From Bacillota bacterium (GTDB taxonomy: Bacteria > Bacillota > Dethiobacteria > DTU022), in the NCBI GenBank assembly GCA_040751775.1, contig JBFMGD010000002.1, positions 22,731-86,730 of the forward strand: a DNA stretch of 64,000 bases. The letters are read 5' to 3'. This document shows positions 63,448 to 64,000 of the stretch, piece after piece. Within the stretch, counting starts at the first letter, position 1. Every line of letters begins with the position of its first letter. Position numbers and translations under genes: made by a program. A model generated the notes under the pieces. That model saw only the letters and a list, made by a program, of their open reading frames with translations, had not been told where the DNA came from and did no database searches.

Positions 63448-63824
63448 GCCTTTTGGTTGATAAACTGCCGGTTGAGAAAAGTTATCTCGCGGGCGGAACA
63501 GCTCTTGCTCTCATGCTAGGTCATCGAGAGTCCATTGATTTTGATTGGTTTTCGCCGGTAGATTTTGACCCGGAAGCTCTGGCCAGCAACCTCTCCCGTT
63601 TGGGGCGCCTTGAAATCACTGAAACTACAAAAGGTACGCTGCACAGCATTCTGGACGGGATACGCGTTACCTGGCTTCATTATCCCAACCCTCTCATGGC
63701 CGACTTGGTCCAACCGCCCGATATGCAAGGGCTGGCGCTGGCTTCACTGCTTGACATCGGCTTAATGAAATGGGCCACTGGCGGAGAATATCGGCTCGGC
63801 GGCCCTGGCAGCTTGCAGGTGTAA
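63363..63824 (+). CDS. Nucleotidyltransferase AbiEii/AbiGii toxin-family protein, apparently C-terminally truncated
   Basis: YLAGGTALALMLGHRESIDFDWF matches the GGTAL...HR-S-D-D nucleotidyltransferase signature of AbiEii-type toxins. At 153 aa it is about half the usual length. Confidence 0.5.
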   Translation: MLAELFRAQGGRVVLHRDTLGAKRKAFLSLLVDKLPVEKSYLAGGTALALMLGHRESIDFDWFSPVDFDPEALASNLSRLGRLEITETTKGTLHSILDGIRVTWLHYPNPLMADLVQPPDMQGLALASLLDIGLMKWATGGEYRLGGPGSLQV

Positions 63825-64000
63825 CGGGGACACCATACTTATCCCCATAAAATGGAATTATATATACGGGTAACTCTCTTCTGGGTAGTGCTACTTCTTC
63901 TCTCTCCCATTGGGCTTTCAGCGTGCTCACAAATCAAGTCAAGTGAACTGAGGATTTATATCTCCTGGTCCATGCCGTAATTCTCTAGCAATGCTTCGAC

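Overview
This 64 kb window is a conserved core-genome segment of a moderately high-GC Firmicutes chromosome, probably a Clostridia or Peptococcaceae-like anaerobe; the taxon guess is inference only. Gene order follows the classic Bacillus/Clostridium layout: nfo (5' partial) - radA - [reverse Cys/His-rich ORF] - carD/cdnL - yacL (PIN/TRAM) - ispD - ispF - T-box leader - cysE - cysS - [ThyA-like ORF] - rlmB - sigH - four tRNAs - tuf copy 1 - rpmG - secE - nusG - rplK - rplA - L10 leader - rplJ - rplL - rpoB - rpoC - L7Ae - rpsL - rpsG - fusA - tuf copy 2. The complete S10/spc/alpha ribosomal-protein operons follow (rpsJ through rplQ, including secY, map, infA, rpmJ, rpoA), then ecfA1-ecfA2-ecfT, truA, rplM-rpsI, an AddB/AddA helicase-nuclease pair, an MBL-fold hydrolase and a PcrB-like prenyltransferase. 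On the minus strand at the right end lies a molybdenum-cofactor operon (moeA, moeA-PBP fusion, moaA, mobB-moaC fusion, MOSC-mogA fusion) preceded by a candidate Moco riboswitch. The window ends in a decayed AbiEii-type toxin/antitoxin remnant. Most of the window is ordinary, highly conserved translation and transcription machinery. The loci that depart from the expected syntenic pattern are: (1) a compact, divergent thymidylate-synthase-fold protein in the slot where Mini-RNase III normally sits, (2) a reverse-oriented Cys/His-rich ORF where disA is expected, (3) a perfect 30-bp inverted repeat plus an AT-rich orphan ORF between ecfT and truA, (4) a 1.2-kb perfectly identical tuf duplication, (5) the Moco operon with three gene fusions and two moeA paralogs behind a riboswitch-like leader, (6) a TA remnant with an in-frame TAG. 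No CRISPR array, rRNA or obvious transposase was seen.
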